NCBI RefSeq assembly: GCF_041987595.1
Contig: NZ_JBHIWJ010000008.1
Location: 1,011 to 65,010 of the forward strand
DNA length: 64,000 nucleotides
Direction of reading: 5' to 3'
Origin: Sphingobium sp.
GTDB taxonomy: Bacteria; Pseudomonadota; Alphaproteobacteria; Sphingomonadales; Sphingomonadaceae
This document shows, piece by piece, positions 24,670 to 37,086 of the stretch. Position 1 is the stretch's first letter. Every line of letters starts with the position of its first letter. The notes beneath the pieces were generated by a model. The model searched no databases. It was not told where the DNA came from and saw nothing but the letters and a program-made list of their open reading frames with translations. The position numbers were made by a program, and so were the translations under genes.

Positions 24670-25602
24670 GCTGGTGGCGCGGCTTTCCGTGACGGGCCAG
24701 CGGCGGGCGCGGCCCATCACCTGCAGACCCGCGCGCAGAACCCAGCCGAGCTTTTCCTTCCTGGGCGTCGTCACGCGATGATCCCAAGCATGTTCCCCCC
24801 GGCGGGCCACTTCGCGGGCGATGTCGCCATAGATGCCCGCCGCCGCCAGCACCGCCCAGGCGGCACGAGGGGGCAGGGCGCCGGTGCCATGACGGGCGCT
24901 CTCCTCATAGGCGGCCGCCATGTCGGCAAGACGGCGGGCGAGCAAGGCGAGGCGGGGGCGCACCCAGGGCTTCATATGCTCGCCCGGCGGGATATCCATC
25001 TCCACCAGCCATTCTTCAGGCAGGTAGCAGCGGTCGGCGGCTTCATCCTCGCTGATGTCACGGGCGATATTGGCGAGCTGGAACGCCAGTCCCAGATCGC
25101 AGGCGCGATCGAGCGTGGTCTCGTCGTCGGGATCGACGCCCATCAGGATCGCCATCATGCAGCCCACCGTGCCCGCGACATGATAGCAATAGCGCAGCAT
25201 GTCCGCCTCGCTGCGCGGCCGCCACTCGCGGGCGTCGAGCGCGAAACCTTCGATCAGATCGTGGGCATAGCGCTCGGGGATCGCGCATTCGCGCATGACC
25301 AGGCCAAAGCCGTCAAACGCCGGATCGCCGGTCGGCTCGCCATGGAGCGCGGCGGCGGTGAGGACGCGGATGGCCGACAGCCGCGCCTGCCCGTCCGCCA
25401 CTGCGCGCATGGTGCCGCCATGGTCCTGCCCGTCGGCGATGTCGTCGCACTTGCGGCACCAGGCATAGAGCAGCCAGGCCCGTTCCCGCATCTGCCGGTC
25501 GAACAGTCTGGACGCCATTGCAAAGGATTTGGAGCCTCGCGCGATGCTCTGCCGTGCATGGGCAACAAGGGCGGCGCGGTCCATGAAGATGTCGTTGGTC
25601 AC
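24646..25602 (-). CDS. crtB: Phytoene synthase
   Basis: 318 aa. YAWCRKCDDIADG and ANIARDISEDEAADRCYLPEEW (the two Asp-rich squalene/phytoene synthase motifs). Confidence 0.9.
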   Translation of the reverse strand: MTNDIFMDRAALVAHARQSIARGSKSFAMASRLFDRQMRERAWLLYAWCRKCDDIADGQDHGGTMRAVADGQARLSAIRVLTAAALHGEPTGDPAFDGFGLVMRECAIPERYAHDLIEGFALDAREWRPRSEADMLRYCYHVAGTVGCMMAILMGVDPDDETTLDRACDLGLAFQLANIARDISEDEAADRCYLPEEWLVEMDIPPGEHMKPWVRPRLALLARRLADMAAAYEESARHGTGALPPRAAWAVLAAAGIYGDIAREVARRGEHAWDHRVTTPRKEKLGWVLRAGLQVMGRARRWPVTESRATSLWTRPRV

Positions 25603-25680
25603 GCTGCTGACATGCCCTCCCGGGCGATGAGAGTCACCCGCTTCTGATCGACCTCCCGTGTACGGAACGGGCCCATGCGA

Positions 25681-26262
25681 TCAGAGCCGCTCAGCCTTCA
25701 TCGTGAAGATGGTTTCATGGGGCTGATACGCCGCCATATGATCCAGCAGCGGCTCGATCGCATGGGCATGGATCAGAATATTGGCGTGCTGCGCCCGGAT
25801 GAAGCCCGCTTCGACCATATGCTGGTTGAAGGTAATGAGCTGGTCGTAAAATCCTGCAACGTTCAGCAGACCCACCGGCTTGTGGTGATAGCCCAGTTGC
25901 GCCCAGCTGATCGCTTCCCAAAGCTCGTCCATCGTGCCGACGCCGCCCGGCAGGGTGACGAAACCATCGGAAAGGTCAGTGAACAGCTGCTTGCGCTGGT
26001 GCATGGTCTGGACGACGTGCAGTTCCGTGCAGCCGCGATGGGCGACTTCCGCGCCGACCAGCGCTTCCGGGATGACGCCGATCACCTCGCCGCCCGCTTC
26101 CAGCGCCGCGTCGGCCACTGCGCCCATCAACCCGAGTCGACCGCCGCCATAGACAACGCCAATGCCACGCCCTGCCAGCATGCGCCCGACATGACGGGCG
26201 GCTTCGACGAAAATGGGATCGGCCGGGGTGGCCGAGCCGCAATAGACGGCAAGTCTCTTCAT
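25681..26262 (-). CDS. LOG family protein (TIGR00730, cytokinin riboside 5'-monophosphate phosphoribohydrolase-like)
   Basis: 193 aa. VVYGGGRLGLMGAVA and PGGVGTMDELWE signatures. Sits between crtI and crtB on the same strand. Confidence 0.85.
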   Translation of the reverse strand: MKRLAVYCGSATPADPIFVEAARHVGRMLAGRGIGVVYGGGRLGLMGAVADAALEAGGEVIGVIPEALVGAEVAHRGCTELHVVQTMHQRKQLFTDLSDGFVTLPGGVGTMDELWEAISWAQLGYHHKPVGLLNVAGFYDQLITFNQHMVEAGFIRAQHANILIHAHAIEPLLDHMAAYQPHETIFTMKAERL

Positions 26263-26275
26263 TGCCCCTTCAACC

Positions 26276-27760
26276 TCAAACCAGATCTTCCAGCATCAGT
26301 GCGGCCGTAGCCTTGGCGCTGCCGACCACGCCGGGGATGCCCGCGCCCGGATGGGTGCCTGCCCCTACCAGATAAAGGTTGGGGATGACATCATCGCGAT
26401 TATGTGCCCGGAACCAGGCGCTTTGGGTGAGCAGTGGCTCCAGACTGAAGGCACTGCCGAGATGCGCCGACAGATCGTGACGGAAATCCGGCGGCGCATA
26501 ATGGAACTGGGTGACGATCCGCGAGCGGATATCGGGGATCAGCCGATGCTGGATTTCGTCCAGGATACGCTCGGCATAGATAGGCCCAAATTGCTCCCAG
26601 TCGATCGGCAGCTTGCCCATATGCGGCACCGGAGCGAGCGCATAGAAGGTCGAATGTCCATCCGGCGCCATCGACGGATCGGTGACGGTCGGATGGTGCA
26701 GGTAGAGCGAAAAATCCTGCGGCAGCACGCCATAATCATAAATATCGGTGAGCAGCCCTTCGTATCGCGGGCCGAACAGGATCATATGGTGCGGGATGCC
26801 CGGCCAGCTGCCCCTGATCCCGAAATGCAGCACGAACAGGCTGGGCGACCAGCGCTTTCGGGCAAGCTTTTCTGCCTGCTTACCGCCCCGCGGATGATGA
26901 CCGATCAGGTCGCGATAGCTGTGCATCAGGTCGGCATTGGACGCAACGGCATCCGCCTCCCCGCGCCAGCCCGAAGCGCAACGCACCGCGACGGCGCGAT
27001 CCCCATAGGTTTCGATCTGGACCACCGGATCTGCAAGGCGCAGCGTGCCACCCAGCCGTTCGAAATGGGTCGCCATCGCCTGCACCAGCCGATTGGTGCC
27101 GCCTTTGGCGAACCAGACGCCACCATCCTTTTCCAGCTTGTGAATCAACGCATAGATGGCGCTGGTCTGAAGCGGATTGCCGCCCACCAGCAGCGTGTGG
27201 AAGGACAAGGCCTCCCGCAGCTTCTCATTCTTCACATGGGAGGACACGACCGAATAGACCGAGCGCCAGGCCTGATGCTTCACCAGCGCGGGCGCCGCCC
27301 GTACCATCGAGGCGAAATCGAGGAAAGCGACCGAACCGAGCTTGCGATAGCCCTCTTCATAGACGCCGTCCGCATAGTCGAGGAAACTCTCATAGCCCGC
27401 GACATCTTCAGGATTGAGCCTGGCGATCTGGGCGCGCAGAGCGGTTTCGTCGTTGGAATAGTCGAAATTGGTGCCGTCGCGCCAGTTGAGCCGGTAGAAG
27501 GGCGATACCGGCACAAGGCTCACATCCTCCGCCATGTCATGGCCCGAAAGGCGCCAAAGCTCGCCCAGACAATCGGGATCGGTAATGACGGTCGGCCCCG
27601 CGTCGAAAACGAAGCCGTCCTTTTCCCACATATAGGCGCGCCCGCCGGGACGGTCGCGCGCTTCGACCAGCGTGGTCTCAACCCCGGCGGATTGCAGGCG
27701 GATAGCAAGCGCAAGGCCGCCAAAGCCCGCACCGATGACGATCGCTTTCCGGGTCATCAT
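26276..27760 (-). CDS. crtI: Phytoene desaturase
   Basis: 494 aa. KAIVIGAGFGGLALAIRL dinucleotide-binding N-terminus, C-terminal ...LYLVGAGTHPGAGIPGV.... Confidence 0.9.
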   Translation of the reverse strand: MMTRKAIVIGAGFGGLALAIRLQSAGVETTLVEARDRPGGRAYMWEKDGFVFDAGPTVITDPDCLGELWRLSGHDMAEDVSLVPVSPFYRLNWRDGTNFDYSNDETALRAQIARLNPEDVAGYESFLDYADGVYEEGYRKLGSVAFLDFASMVRAAPALVKHQAWRSVYSVVSSHVKNEKLREALSFHTLLVGGNPLQTSAIYALIHKLEKDGGVWFAKGGTNRLVQAMATHFERLGGTLRLADPVVQIETYGDRAVAVRCASGWRGEADAVASNADLMHSYRDLIGHHPRGGKQAEKLARKRWSPSLFVLHFGIRGSWPGIPHHMILFGPRYEGLLTDIYDYGVLPQDFSLYLHHPTVTDPSMAPDGHSTFYALAPVPHMGKLPIDWEQFGPIYAERILDEIQHRLIPDIRSRIVTQFHYAPPDFRHDLSAHLGSAFSLEPLLTQSAWFRAHNRDDVIPNLYLVGAGTHPGAGIPGVVGSAKATAALMLEDLV

Positions 27761-27773
27761 TATGGCCTGTTCA

Positions 27774-28934
27774 TCAGGCGGGAGGGCTCATCAATGCACG
27801 CATGGCGCCCCTTATGGGCACCGGGGGCCGTCCGCACAAGATGCGGATGCGATCCTTGAGGGTTGATCGGCCTGAATAAAAGCGACCGATCAGGCCGGGA
27901 TCGAGGCGATAGAAACGTTCGAAGATGCGCCAGCGCTGCTCCGGCACGGCGGCGCCGAACAGCATCCTGCCCAGCAGCCGGTAATAGCCGCCCTGCCGCC
28001 AATGCCGGGCTGCCCTGCTCCGCGTCATCTGCGCCAGCCCGCCGCCGTCCACCGGCCATGCCGCCGCGACGTCCAAGGCGAAGCGGACCGCATCGGGCAA
28101 GGAATAGCCCGTCATCGGCTGAAACAGGCCCGCCCGCACCCCGGCGCGCGCCACCGGGTCATCCTTGGGCCAGAAGCGGTCGAAATCTCCGCCATGAACC
28201 ACCGGAAGAACGCCGCTCTCCCGATGAACCACCGCCTCCACCTGCCAGCCCTGCGCCTCGGCATAGGCAGCGATCCGGCGGTCGAGCGCAGCTCCCTCCA
28301 GATCCGGCCTGTCGCTGTAATAGGTGTCCTCGACGAAGATGCTGCGTTCATCCCAGGGCAGCACATAAACGAAGCGATAGCCGTCCGCCTGCTCGACCGT
28401 CGCGTCCATGATGACGGGGTGGGAGACGCCATGCGGCGCGCCGAGACGCAGCGTCTGGCCCACGAATTTCTGCCAGCCGCATTGCAGGGCGGCGAAGTTT
28501 GCTCCGCCCCGCGCATCGATCACGGCACCCGCCTGAAAGGTGCGGCCATCGGACAGGGTGACGCTGCCCGGCGTGAGGGCGGAGACGTCCGCGCCGGTCA
28601 GGACCCGCTTGCCAAGGGTCTGGCGGACATGGGCGTCCAGACGGGCCGACGTAATGCTGTTGTAGGGCGCGGCCAGCTGGCGCCCATGGCCGGGAAAGCG
28701 AACCTCGTGCCCCTGCGGCCAGCGATGCGCGACCATCGGCTCGATCAGCCAGCGATCGCAGGCGGCAACGTCGCCGTCGAAAAAGGACCAGATATGATTG
28801 CCGCCCAGCGTATCGCCGCTTTCCACCAACAGCAGGCGCGTATCGGGGTGCCGCGCCGCAACGGCCAACGCGATCAGGCACCCCGCAAGGCCGCCTCCCG
28901 CCACAGCAAGGTCGCAGTCTGTAATAATCGCCAT
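27774..28934 (-). CDS. crtY: Lycopene beta-cyclase
   Basis: 386 aa. DLAVAGGGLAGCLIALA N-terminus, ...GYRFVYVLPW..., ...FQPMTGYSLPDAV... are typical CrtY motifs. Confidence 0.85.
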   Translation of the reverse strand: MAIITDCDLAVAGGGLAGCLIALAVAARHPDTRLLLVESGDTLGGNHIWSFFDGDVAACDRWLIEPMVAHRWPQGHEVRFPGHGRQLAAPYNSITSARLDAHVRQTLGKRVLTGADVSALTPGSVTLSDGRTFQAGAVIDARGGANFAALQCGWQKFVGQTLRLGAPHGVSHPVIMDATVEQADGYRFVYVLPWDERSIFVEDTYYSDRPDLEGAALDRRIAAYAEAQGWQVEAVVHRESGVLPVVHGGDFDRFWPKDDPVARAGVRAGLFQPMTGYSLPDAVRFALDVAAAWPVDGGGLAQMTRSRAARHWRQGGYYRLLGRMLFGAAVPEQRWRIFERFYRLDPGLIGRFYSGRSTLKDRIRILCGRPPVPIRGAMRALMSPPA

Positions 28935-28990
28935 CCCCCTCCTGTTAGGGCGCTATGCCGCAAAATGCACAGATTGTTTTTGGGGTTAAT

Positions 28991-29012
28991 ATAGGGTAGG
29001 GGGGTATCCTAT
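28991..29012. promoter_or_regulatory. RcnR/DmeR-type operator (G6 tract flanked by AT-rich inverted repeats)
   Basis: ATAGGGTA-GGGGGG-TATCCTAT, overlapping the ATG of the repressor gene at 29011. Confidence 0.6.
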
Positions 29013-29279
29013 GCATATTATTGCGGATCGGGATAAGCTGTTGGCGCGGGTGCGGCGGATCGCCGGACAGATCGGCGCGGTTGAGCGACAACTGGCAGGC
29101 GATGCCGGTTGTTCGGAAACGTTGCAACTGGTCGCGTCGGTACGCGGCGCAATCGGCAGCCTGATGGAAGAACTGATCGAGCAGCATATGCGCGAACATG
29201 TCGCCCGCCCCGGCCTCAGCGACGAGGCGCGCGAGGCGGCGGCCGAGGAAATGCTGGCCCTCATCCGGCGATACGGGAA

Positions 29280-29283
<4 letters not shown>
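29011..29283 (+). CDS. Metal-sensing repressor, CsoR/RcnR/FrmR family (DmeR-like, H-C-H-H fingerprint)
   Basis: 90 aa. His2, Cys34, His59 and His63 correspond to the RcnR Ni/Co ligand pattern. Followed by a CDF exporter. Confidence 0.8.
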
Positions 29284-30332
<1,049 letters not shown>

Positions 30333-30686
30333 CCGGAAAGACGCTCCACCAACCGGCGGACAGGCCATGGCCTGCGACCACCGGACTCGTTCTGAACGAT
30401 GGCTAACCGCCCCATCCAGCAAGCGTCAGGGCACAGGCCTCATATCCCTTCATATGACGGGTTTGTGGGAGGTCGCCATGTTCAGGACGATGCCCCCTGT
30501 CTCAAAAGCATTACCCCTTTCGGATTATTGCCCTTTGGTCGAATTGAGGCAGATCTCAAGCCGCTAAAAAAATATCCTACGACTCGGGCGATCCTGATCT
30601 GCATTGCTTGACTCGACTCGACCGTTACATTCACTTTCCCTTACGGAATGCGGCAAAAAAAGCCGCACCGTTGGAGAGGATGCCCC

Positions 30687-30929
30687 ATGAACGCTGCCAG
30701 CCCGATCGGAGGAAAGTTTTTTCACGCGCTCCTGATGGAGTGCTTCGCTGAGCAGCGTCATCCCACCGAAGATGAGGTGGATTCCATCGCGTCCAAAATC
30801 TGGCGGGAAAGCCATGGGTCGTTGACGGGTCAGACGTGGCAGGATGTTGCGCGCGGCAGCGATGCCCATCGGCAGATGATCCATGCTGCTAGGGCGGCGC
30901 TGGGCGTGGACCGACAGATCGCAGCCTGA
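30687..30929 (+). CDS. Hypothetical small protein
   Basis: 80 aa from MNAASPIGGKFF..., with GGAGAGGA RBS 6 nt upstream. No motif recognised. Confidence 0.45.
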   Translation: MNAASPIGGKFFHALLMECFAEQRHPTEDEVDSIASKIWRESHGSLTGQTWQDVARGSDAHRQMIHAARAALGVDRQIAA

Positions 30930-30934
30930 TCCCG

Positions 30935-32119
30935 TCAGAGCGCCTGCGCCGCTGCCCAGCCGCTCGCCCAGGCCCACTGGAAATTATAGCCGCCCAGCCA
31001 GCCGGTGACGTCGACCGCTTCCCCGATCGCATAAAAGCCGGGAATGAGGCGCGATTCCAGCGTCTGGGAGGATAGATCGGCGGTCGAAATACCGCCGATG
31101 GTGACTTCCGCCTTCGCGAAGCCTTCCGTGCCGTTCGGGGCAAAGCGCCATCCGGCGAGGCGGCCTTCAGCCTCTTGCAGCTTGCGGTCGGGCAGATTGC
31201 CGAGATCGCCGGGCAGCGCGAGGCGTTCCGCGAGCGCGTCGGCCAGACGGTCCGGCAAATGGGCGCGCAGCATGGCCGTCACCGTGGCGCGGGGCTTGGC
31301 GCGCTTCGCCTGCGTCAGCCAATTGGCGGGCTGATCGGGCAGGAAGTCGAGACTGATGGTCTCGCCATGGCGCCAATAGGAGGAAATTTGCAGGATCGCG
31401 GGGCCGGACAGCCCCTTGTGCGTCAGCAACGCGGCTTCGCGGAATGCGGTCTTGCCATGGCGGGCGACGACGTCGGCGGAAACGCCGGAAAGCGAGCGAA
31501 ACAGCAGATCCTCGCCCCCCAATGTCAGGGGGACAAGCGCCGGGCGCGGCTCGACGATCTTGTGGCCGAACCGGCGGCCCAGATCATAAGCGAAGCCGGT
31601 GGCGCCGATTTTGGGAATGGAAGGGCCACCCGTCGCCACGACAAGCGCCGGCGCCGAGGCGCTCCTGCCGCCGTGGATGACGCGATAACGGCCATCGGCA
31701 TGGCTGACGTCCGTGATCGCATGGTTGAGGCGGATCGTCACCCCGCCCGCGTCGCATTCGGCCAGCAGCATGTCGACGATCTGCCGGGCGCTCCGGTCGC
31801 AGAAGAGTTGCCCCAGCGTCTTTTCGTGCCAGGCGATGCCGTGGCGCGCGATCAGGGCCAGGAAATCGCTGGGCGTATAGCGGCCAAGCGCCGATTTGGC
31901 GAAATGCGGATTGGCCGACAGATAGCGGTCGGGCGCGGTATGGATATTGGTGAAGTTGCAGCGGCCGCCGCCCGAAATCAGAATCTTCTTCCCCGGCTGG
32001 TCGGCATGATCGATGACGAGGACACGCCTGCCCCGCTGACCCGCGACGGCCGCGCACATCAGCCCGGCCCCGCCAGCGCCCAGGACGATAGCGTCGTAGC
32101 TTTCAGTCGGTCCGGACAA
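30935..32119 (-). CDS. NAD(P)/FAD-dependent oxidoreductase, HI0933/BaiN (YhiN) family
   Basis: 394 aa. DAIVLGAGGAGLMCA, GKKILISGGGRCNFTN and C-terminal GEAVDVTGWLGGYNFQWAW. Confidence 0.85.
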   Translation of the reverse strand: MSGPTESYDAIVLGAGGAGLMCAAVAGQRGRRVLVIDHADQPGKKILISGGGRCNFTNIHTAPDRYLSANPHFAKSALGRYTPSDFLALIARHGIAWHEKTLGQLFCDRSARQIVDMLLAECDAGGVTIRLNHAITDVSHADGRYRVIHGGRSASAPALVVATGGPSIPKIGATGFAYDLGRRFGHKIVEPRPALVPLTLGGEDLLFRSLSGVSADVVARHGKTAFREAALLTHKGLSGPAILQISSYWRHGETISLDFLPDQPANWLTQAKRAKPRATVTAMLRAHLPDRLADALAERLALPGDLGNLPDRKLQEAEGRLAGWRFAPNGTEGFAKAEVTIGGISTADLSSQTLESRLIPGFYAIGEAVDVTGWLGGYNFQWAWASGWAAAQAL

Positions 32120-32121
32120 GG

Positions 32122-32550
32122 TCAGCCTGCGGCCAGCGCGTCCATGATCTGGCGGACGGGGGTGACGTCATAGCCCGCCGAAGCCGCCTGTTCGGTCAGC
32201 GCCGCCGGATGATCGCCCGCGCGGGCGCGGGTCAGCGCCCAGAGCAGCGTGCTGCGGGTGCCTGATCGGCAATAGGCCAGCACCTTCCCTTCTCCGGCCC
32301 CTTCGAGCGCGGCGGCCATGCCGTCGAGCTGCCAGGGCGCAAAGCCGCCATGCGCGACCGGAACGGCGGCATAGGCGATGCCCGCGTCCTTCGCGGCGGC
32401 CTCGATCTCCGCTCCGTTGGTCTGGCCCGGCTCCTCGTCGTCGGGGCGGTTGTTGACGATCATGGTCACGCCCAGCGCCTTCGCCTCTGCCACCTGATCG
32501 ACGCCGATCTGGGGGGACACGTAGATGCTGCTGGTAAGCTGACGGAACAT
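32122..32550 (-). CDS. TIGR01244 (DUF442) family sulfurtransferase/phosphatase-like protein
   Basis: 142 aa from MFRQLTSSIYVSPQI.... ...IVNNRPDDEEPGQ..., ...YCRSGTRS... (CX5R-like loop). Confidence 0.75.
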   Translation of the reverse strand: MFRQLTSSIYVSPQIGVDQVAEAKALGVTMIVNNRPDDEEPGQTNGAEIEAAAKDAGIAYAAVPVAHGGFAPWQLDGMAAALEGAGEGKVLAYCRSGTRSTLLWALTRARAGDHPAALTEQAASAGYDVTPVRQIMDALAAG

Positions 32551-32610
32551 GGGCCGGAACTCCTTCTTGGGGGATGCCATGCGCCTCCGCACCGCAGGAT
32601 TCAAGTGGCT

Positions 32611-34380
<1,770 letters not shown>

Positions 34381-34421
34381 GTCCGGCGCTGTAGCGGGTT
34401 GGGGATGGCGGGGCCAGCCCC

Positions 34422-34736
34422 TCAGGGTTCGAGCAGGCAGCCCCACCCGTTGCGATAGCGGGCGGTACGGGAGGCGAGCAACGGAACAGCGGCGCTGACC
34501 GACCGCGATTCGGGAAGCTCCTTCAGCGAGACCACCCACATGCCGGGTTCCTTGTCTCCGCTGCAACTGTCCATCGACCGGCCTTCGACATAACGGCAGG
34601 AACAGGCGACGCGGGCGCCGAATGCCGCGCCGACCTGGGCGCGGGCGCGCAGGGCGCTGAAATTCCAGGCGAACAGCGCGATCCCGGCGACCGTGATCGC
34701 CGCCGCCGCATATATCCATTTCAATCGGCCTGCCAT
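34422..34736 (-). CDS. Possible small membrane-anchored Cys-rich protein
   Basis: 104 aa from MAGRLKWIYAAAAITVAGIALFAW.... It is the tail of a long spurious ORF. Only the TM helix and gene spacing support it. Confidence 0.3.
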   Translation of the reverse strand: MAGRLKWIYAAAAITVAGIALFAWNFSALRARAQVGAAFGARVACSCRYVEGRSMDSCSGDKEPGMWVVSLKELPESRSVSAAVPLLASRTARYRNGWGCLLEP

Positions 34737-34832
34737 GCGCCCTTTCCAAGCCCGCCACGCGGTGTTCGCCGTCGCATTTCGCCATGCGGCGGACCATTTC
34801 ATCCGCCCCGGAAATGCTCTAGGCCGCGGCTT

Positions 34833-35954
34833 ATGAGGCTTGAGCGGAAAAGCGTAAAGCGCCTTGGCGCGGCGGGCGGCATTTTGGCGATGCTGGCGGT
34901 GGCGGGCATCTGGACGGTCCGGGCGCAGGCACCGGAACCCATCGCCCACATCAGCGGTGATTCGGACGTCGACGCCGCGTCCCTGCGCGCAGCGATCGAG
35001 CCGCTGTTCGATGACGCAGCCGGAGAAACCCGCGCCCTCATCGTCATGCACGATGGGGAGATCGTGGCGGAACGCTATGCCCCCGGTTTTGGACCGCAGA
35101 CGAAATTGCTGGCCTGGTCCGCCGCCAAAAGCGTGACCGCGGTGCTGGTCGGGCTGATGGTGGCGGACGGACGGCTGGCGCTCGATTCGCCGGCGCCGGT
35201 CCCGGCGTGGGGCCAGCCGGGCGATCCCCGCGGCAGGATCACGCTGCGCCAGCTGCTCAGCATGACCTCCGGCCTCGATCATGTGGAGGACGCGGAACCG
35301 CTGGCGCAGGCGGACACGGTGCGCATGCTGTTCACCGACGGCGCGCAGGACATGGGGGCCTTTGCCGAGGCGAAGCCGCTCGCCCACAAGCCGGGATCGG
35401 TCTTTTCCTATTCGACCGGCAGCACCATGATCCTGACCGATCTCATGACCCGGATGCTGACCGGCAGCACCGATCCGGACGTGCGGCGGCGCGCCATGCA
35501 GATGTTTGTCGACGGGCGGCTGAAAATCCCGGCGCGCCTTCCCAGCCTGACCGTCGAATATGATGCGGCGGGAACGATGATCGGCGGCAGTTTCCTGCAT
35601 ATGACGGCGCGGGACTATGCGCGCTTCGGCGAACTGCTGCGCAATCATGGGCGCGGCGTGGCCGGACATCAGATCGTGCCGGAAAAGTGGATCGACTATA
35701 TGCGCGCGCCTTCACCGCGCAACGCGGCCTATGGGGCGCATCTCTGGCTCAACAAGGATAGCGAGGAAAGCGCGCTGATGCCCGGCCGGGCGCCCGGCAG
35801 CCTGTTCGGCTGCGTCGGGCATGACGGCCAATATATCCTCGTTTCGCCCGCTCAGCGCCTGACCGTGGTGCGGCTGGGCATGTCCCCCGCCAGAGAAGAG
35901 CGGGAAGCGGTGAAGGACGGGCTGGCGAAGCTGGTGGGACTGTTTCCCCGCTAA
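34833..35954 (+). CDS. Serine hydrolase (beta-lactamase/esterase class C-like)
   Basis: 373 aa. Signal peptide, SAAKS (SxxK) motif, YS(T) and HDGQ-type downstream motifs. Confidence 0.8.
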   Translation: MRLERKSVKRLGAAGGILAMLAVAGIWTVRAQAPEPIAHISGDSDVDAASLRAAIEPLFDDAAGETRALIVMHDGEIVAERYAPGFGPQTKLLAWSAAKSVTAVLVGLMVADGRLALDSPAPVPAWGQPGDPRGRITLRQLLSMTSGLDHVEDAEPLAQADTVRMLFTDGAQDMGAFAEAKPLAHKPGSVFSYSTGSTMILTDLMTRMLTGSTDPDVRRRAMQMFVDGRLKIPARLPSLTVEYDAAGTMIGGSFLHMTARDYARFGELLRNHGRGVAGHQIVPEKWIDYMRAPSPRNAAYGAHLWLNKDSEESALMPGRAPGSLFGCVGHDGQYILVSPAQRLTVVRLGMSPAREEREAVKDGLAKLVGLFPR

Positions 35955-36739
35955 AGGAAATATTGCCCCTCGATCACCGTGCGGCAGGCGCCGGTCAGGA
36001 TCACCCGCCTGTCGGAGAGGCGGCAACCCAGATGGCCGCCCCGGGCCGAGGCCTGATAAGCGCTGATCTTCATCTTATCCAGGCGCTGCGCCCAGAAGGG
36101 CGTGAGCAGGCAGTGGGCCGATCCTGTCACCGGGTCCTCGTCGACGCCGCCGCCGGGGACGAAGACGCGGCTGACGATATCGCTTTCCTCGCCCGGCGCG
36201 GTGGCGATCAGCATGATGTAGCCCAAAGCCTTGAGGGCAGCGAAATCGGGCTTCAGCTCGCGCACCGCCGCTGCATCGGGGAACAGGAACAAGCTGTAGC
36301 CGCCGTCGCGCCAGTGCGATTCAATCGGGTTGCCGCCAAGGCCCGCCGCCAGTTCGGGCAGCGCACGCGGCTCCATCGCCCAGGCGGGCAGCGACAGCGC
36401 ATAGCCGTCGCGATCGCGCGAGACGGTCAGGACACCGGCATGGCGCGTGCGGAAACGGACGGCGGTGTTGCCGCCCATCAGCACATGGCCGCTCGCCAGC
36501 GTGGCGTGGCCGCAGAGCTTGACCTCCACCGCGGGCGTGAACCAGCGCAGGGCATAGTCTGCTTCCGGATCATCCGGCGCAGGCACGGTGAAGGCGGTTT
36601 CGGAGAGATTATTTTCGGCCGCGATGGCCTGAAGCGTCGCGTCATCCAGCCATTGGCCGAGCGGCATCACGGCGGCGGGATTGCCGGTGAAAGGGGCGTC
36701 GGCGAAAGCGTCGACCTGGGTGAAGGGCAGGCTGGTCAT
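35951..36739 (-). CDS. PhzF family isomerase
   Basis: 262 aa from MTSLPFTQVDAFADAPFTGNPAAV.... ...NLSETAF..., ...VKLCGHATLA..., ...DPVTGSAHC.... Confidence 0.85.
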   Translation of the reverse strand: MTSLPFTQVDAFADAPFTGNPAAVMPLGQWLDDATLQAIAAENNLSETAFTVPAPDDPEADYALRWFTPAVEVKLCGHATLASGHVLMGGNTAVRFRTRHAGVLTVSRDRDGYALSLPAWAMEPRALPELAAGLGGNPIESHWRDGGYSLFLFPDAAAVRELKPDFAALKALGYIMLIATAPGEESDIVSRVFVPGGGVDEDPVTGSAHCLLTPFWAQRLDKMKISAYQASARGGHLGCRLSDRRVILTGACRTVIEGQYFL

Positions 36740-37086
36740 GGGCGATCCTTTTTTGGCTTTGCCCGCCATCATGCCGTTGCGATTTGCAACCTGACAGGGC
36801 CGCTTGGACGGAACTGGTCTGCGCGTCCAGCCGATCGGCGCCCTTTTGCCGGAAACGAAATGGGCCAGCCATGATAACATGGCTGGCCCGTGTTCGCGGC
36901 TGAAGGGGACGCTTTGACCGTCAATCCATCTTTGGCCCAAGGGCCGGAGGAATGACGCTCCCCAGGCTTACGCACTGCCGCTCGCCCTCCCGCGGGCGAT
37001 CTCTGCAGCGATGTTACCGCAGTTTACCTGAGTCGTCTCGCGGGAATCGCGCCTTTACCGAAAGAATGGCTCGATTCGGCGCGTTG

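Noticed and set aside
30333-30686. AT-richer 350-nt gap after the CDF gene, with the palindrome CAGGCCATGGCCTG (30361-30374) and a TGCGGC-A7-GCCGCA hairpin. It was considered as an sRNA or mobile remnant.
   Set aside because: No terminator-like U-tract, no repeat partner and no recognisable RNA motif. The evidence is insufficient for anything beyond an intergenic region.
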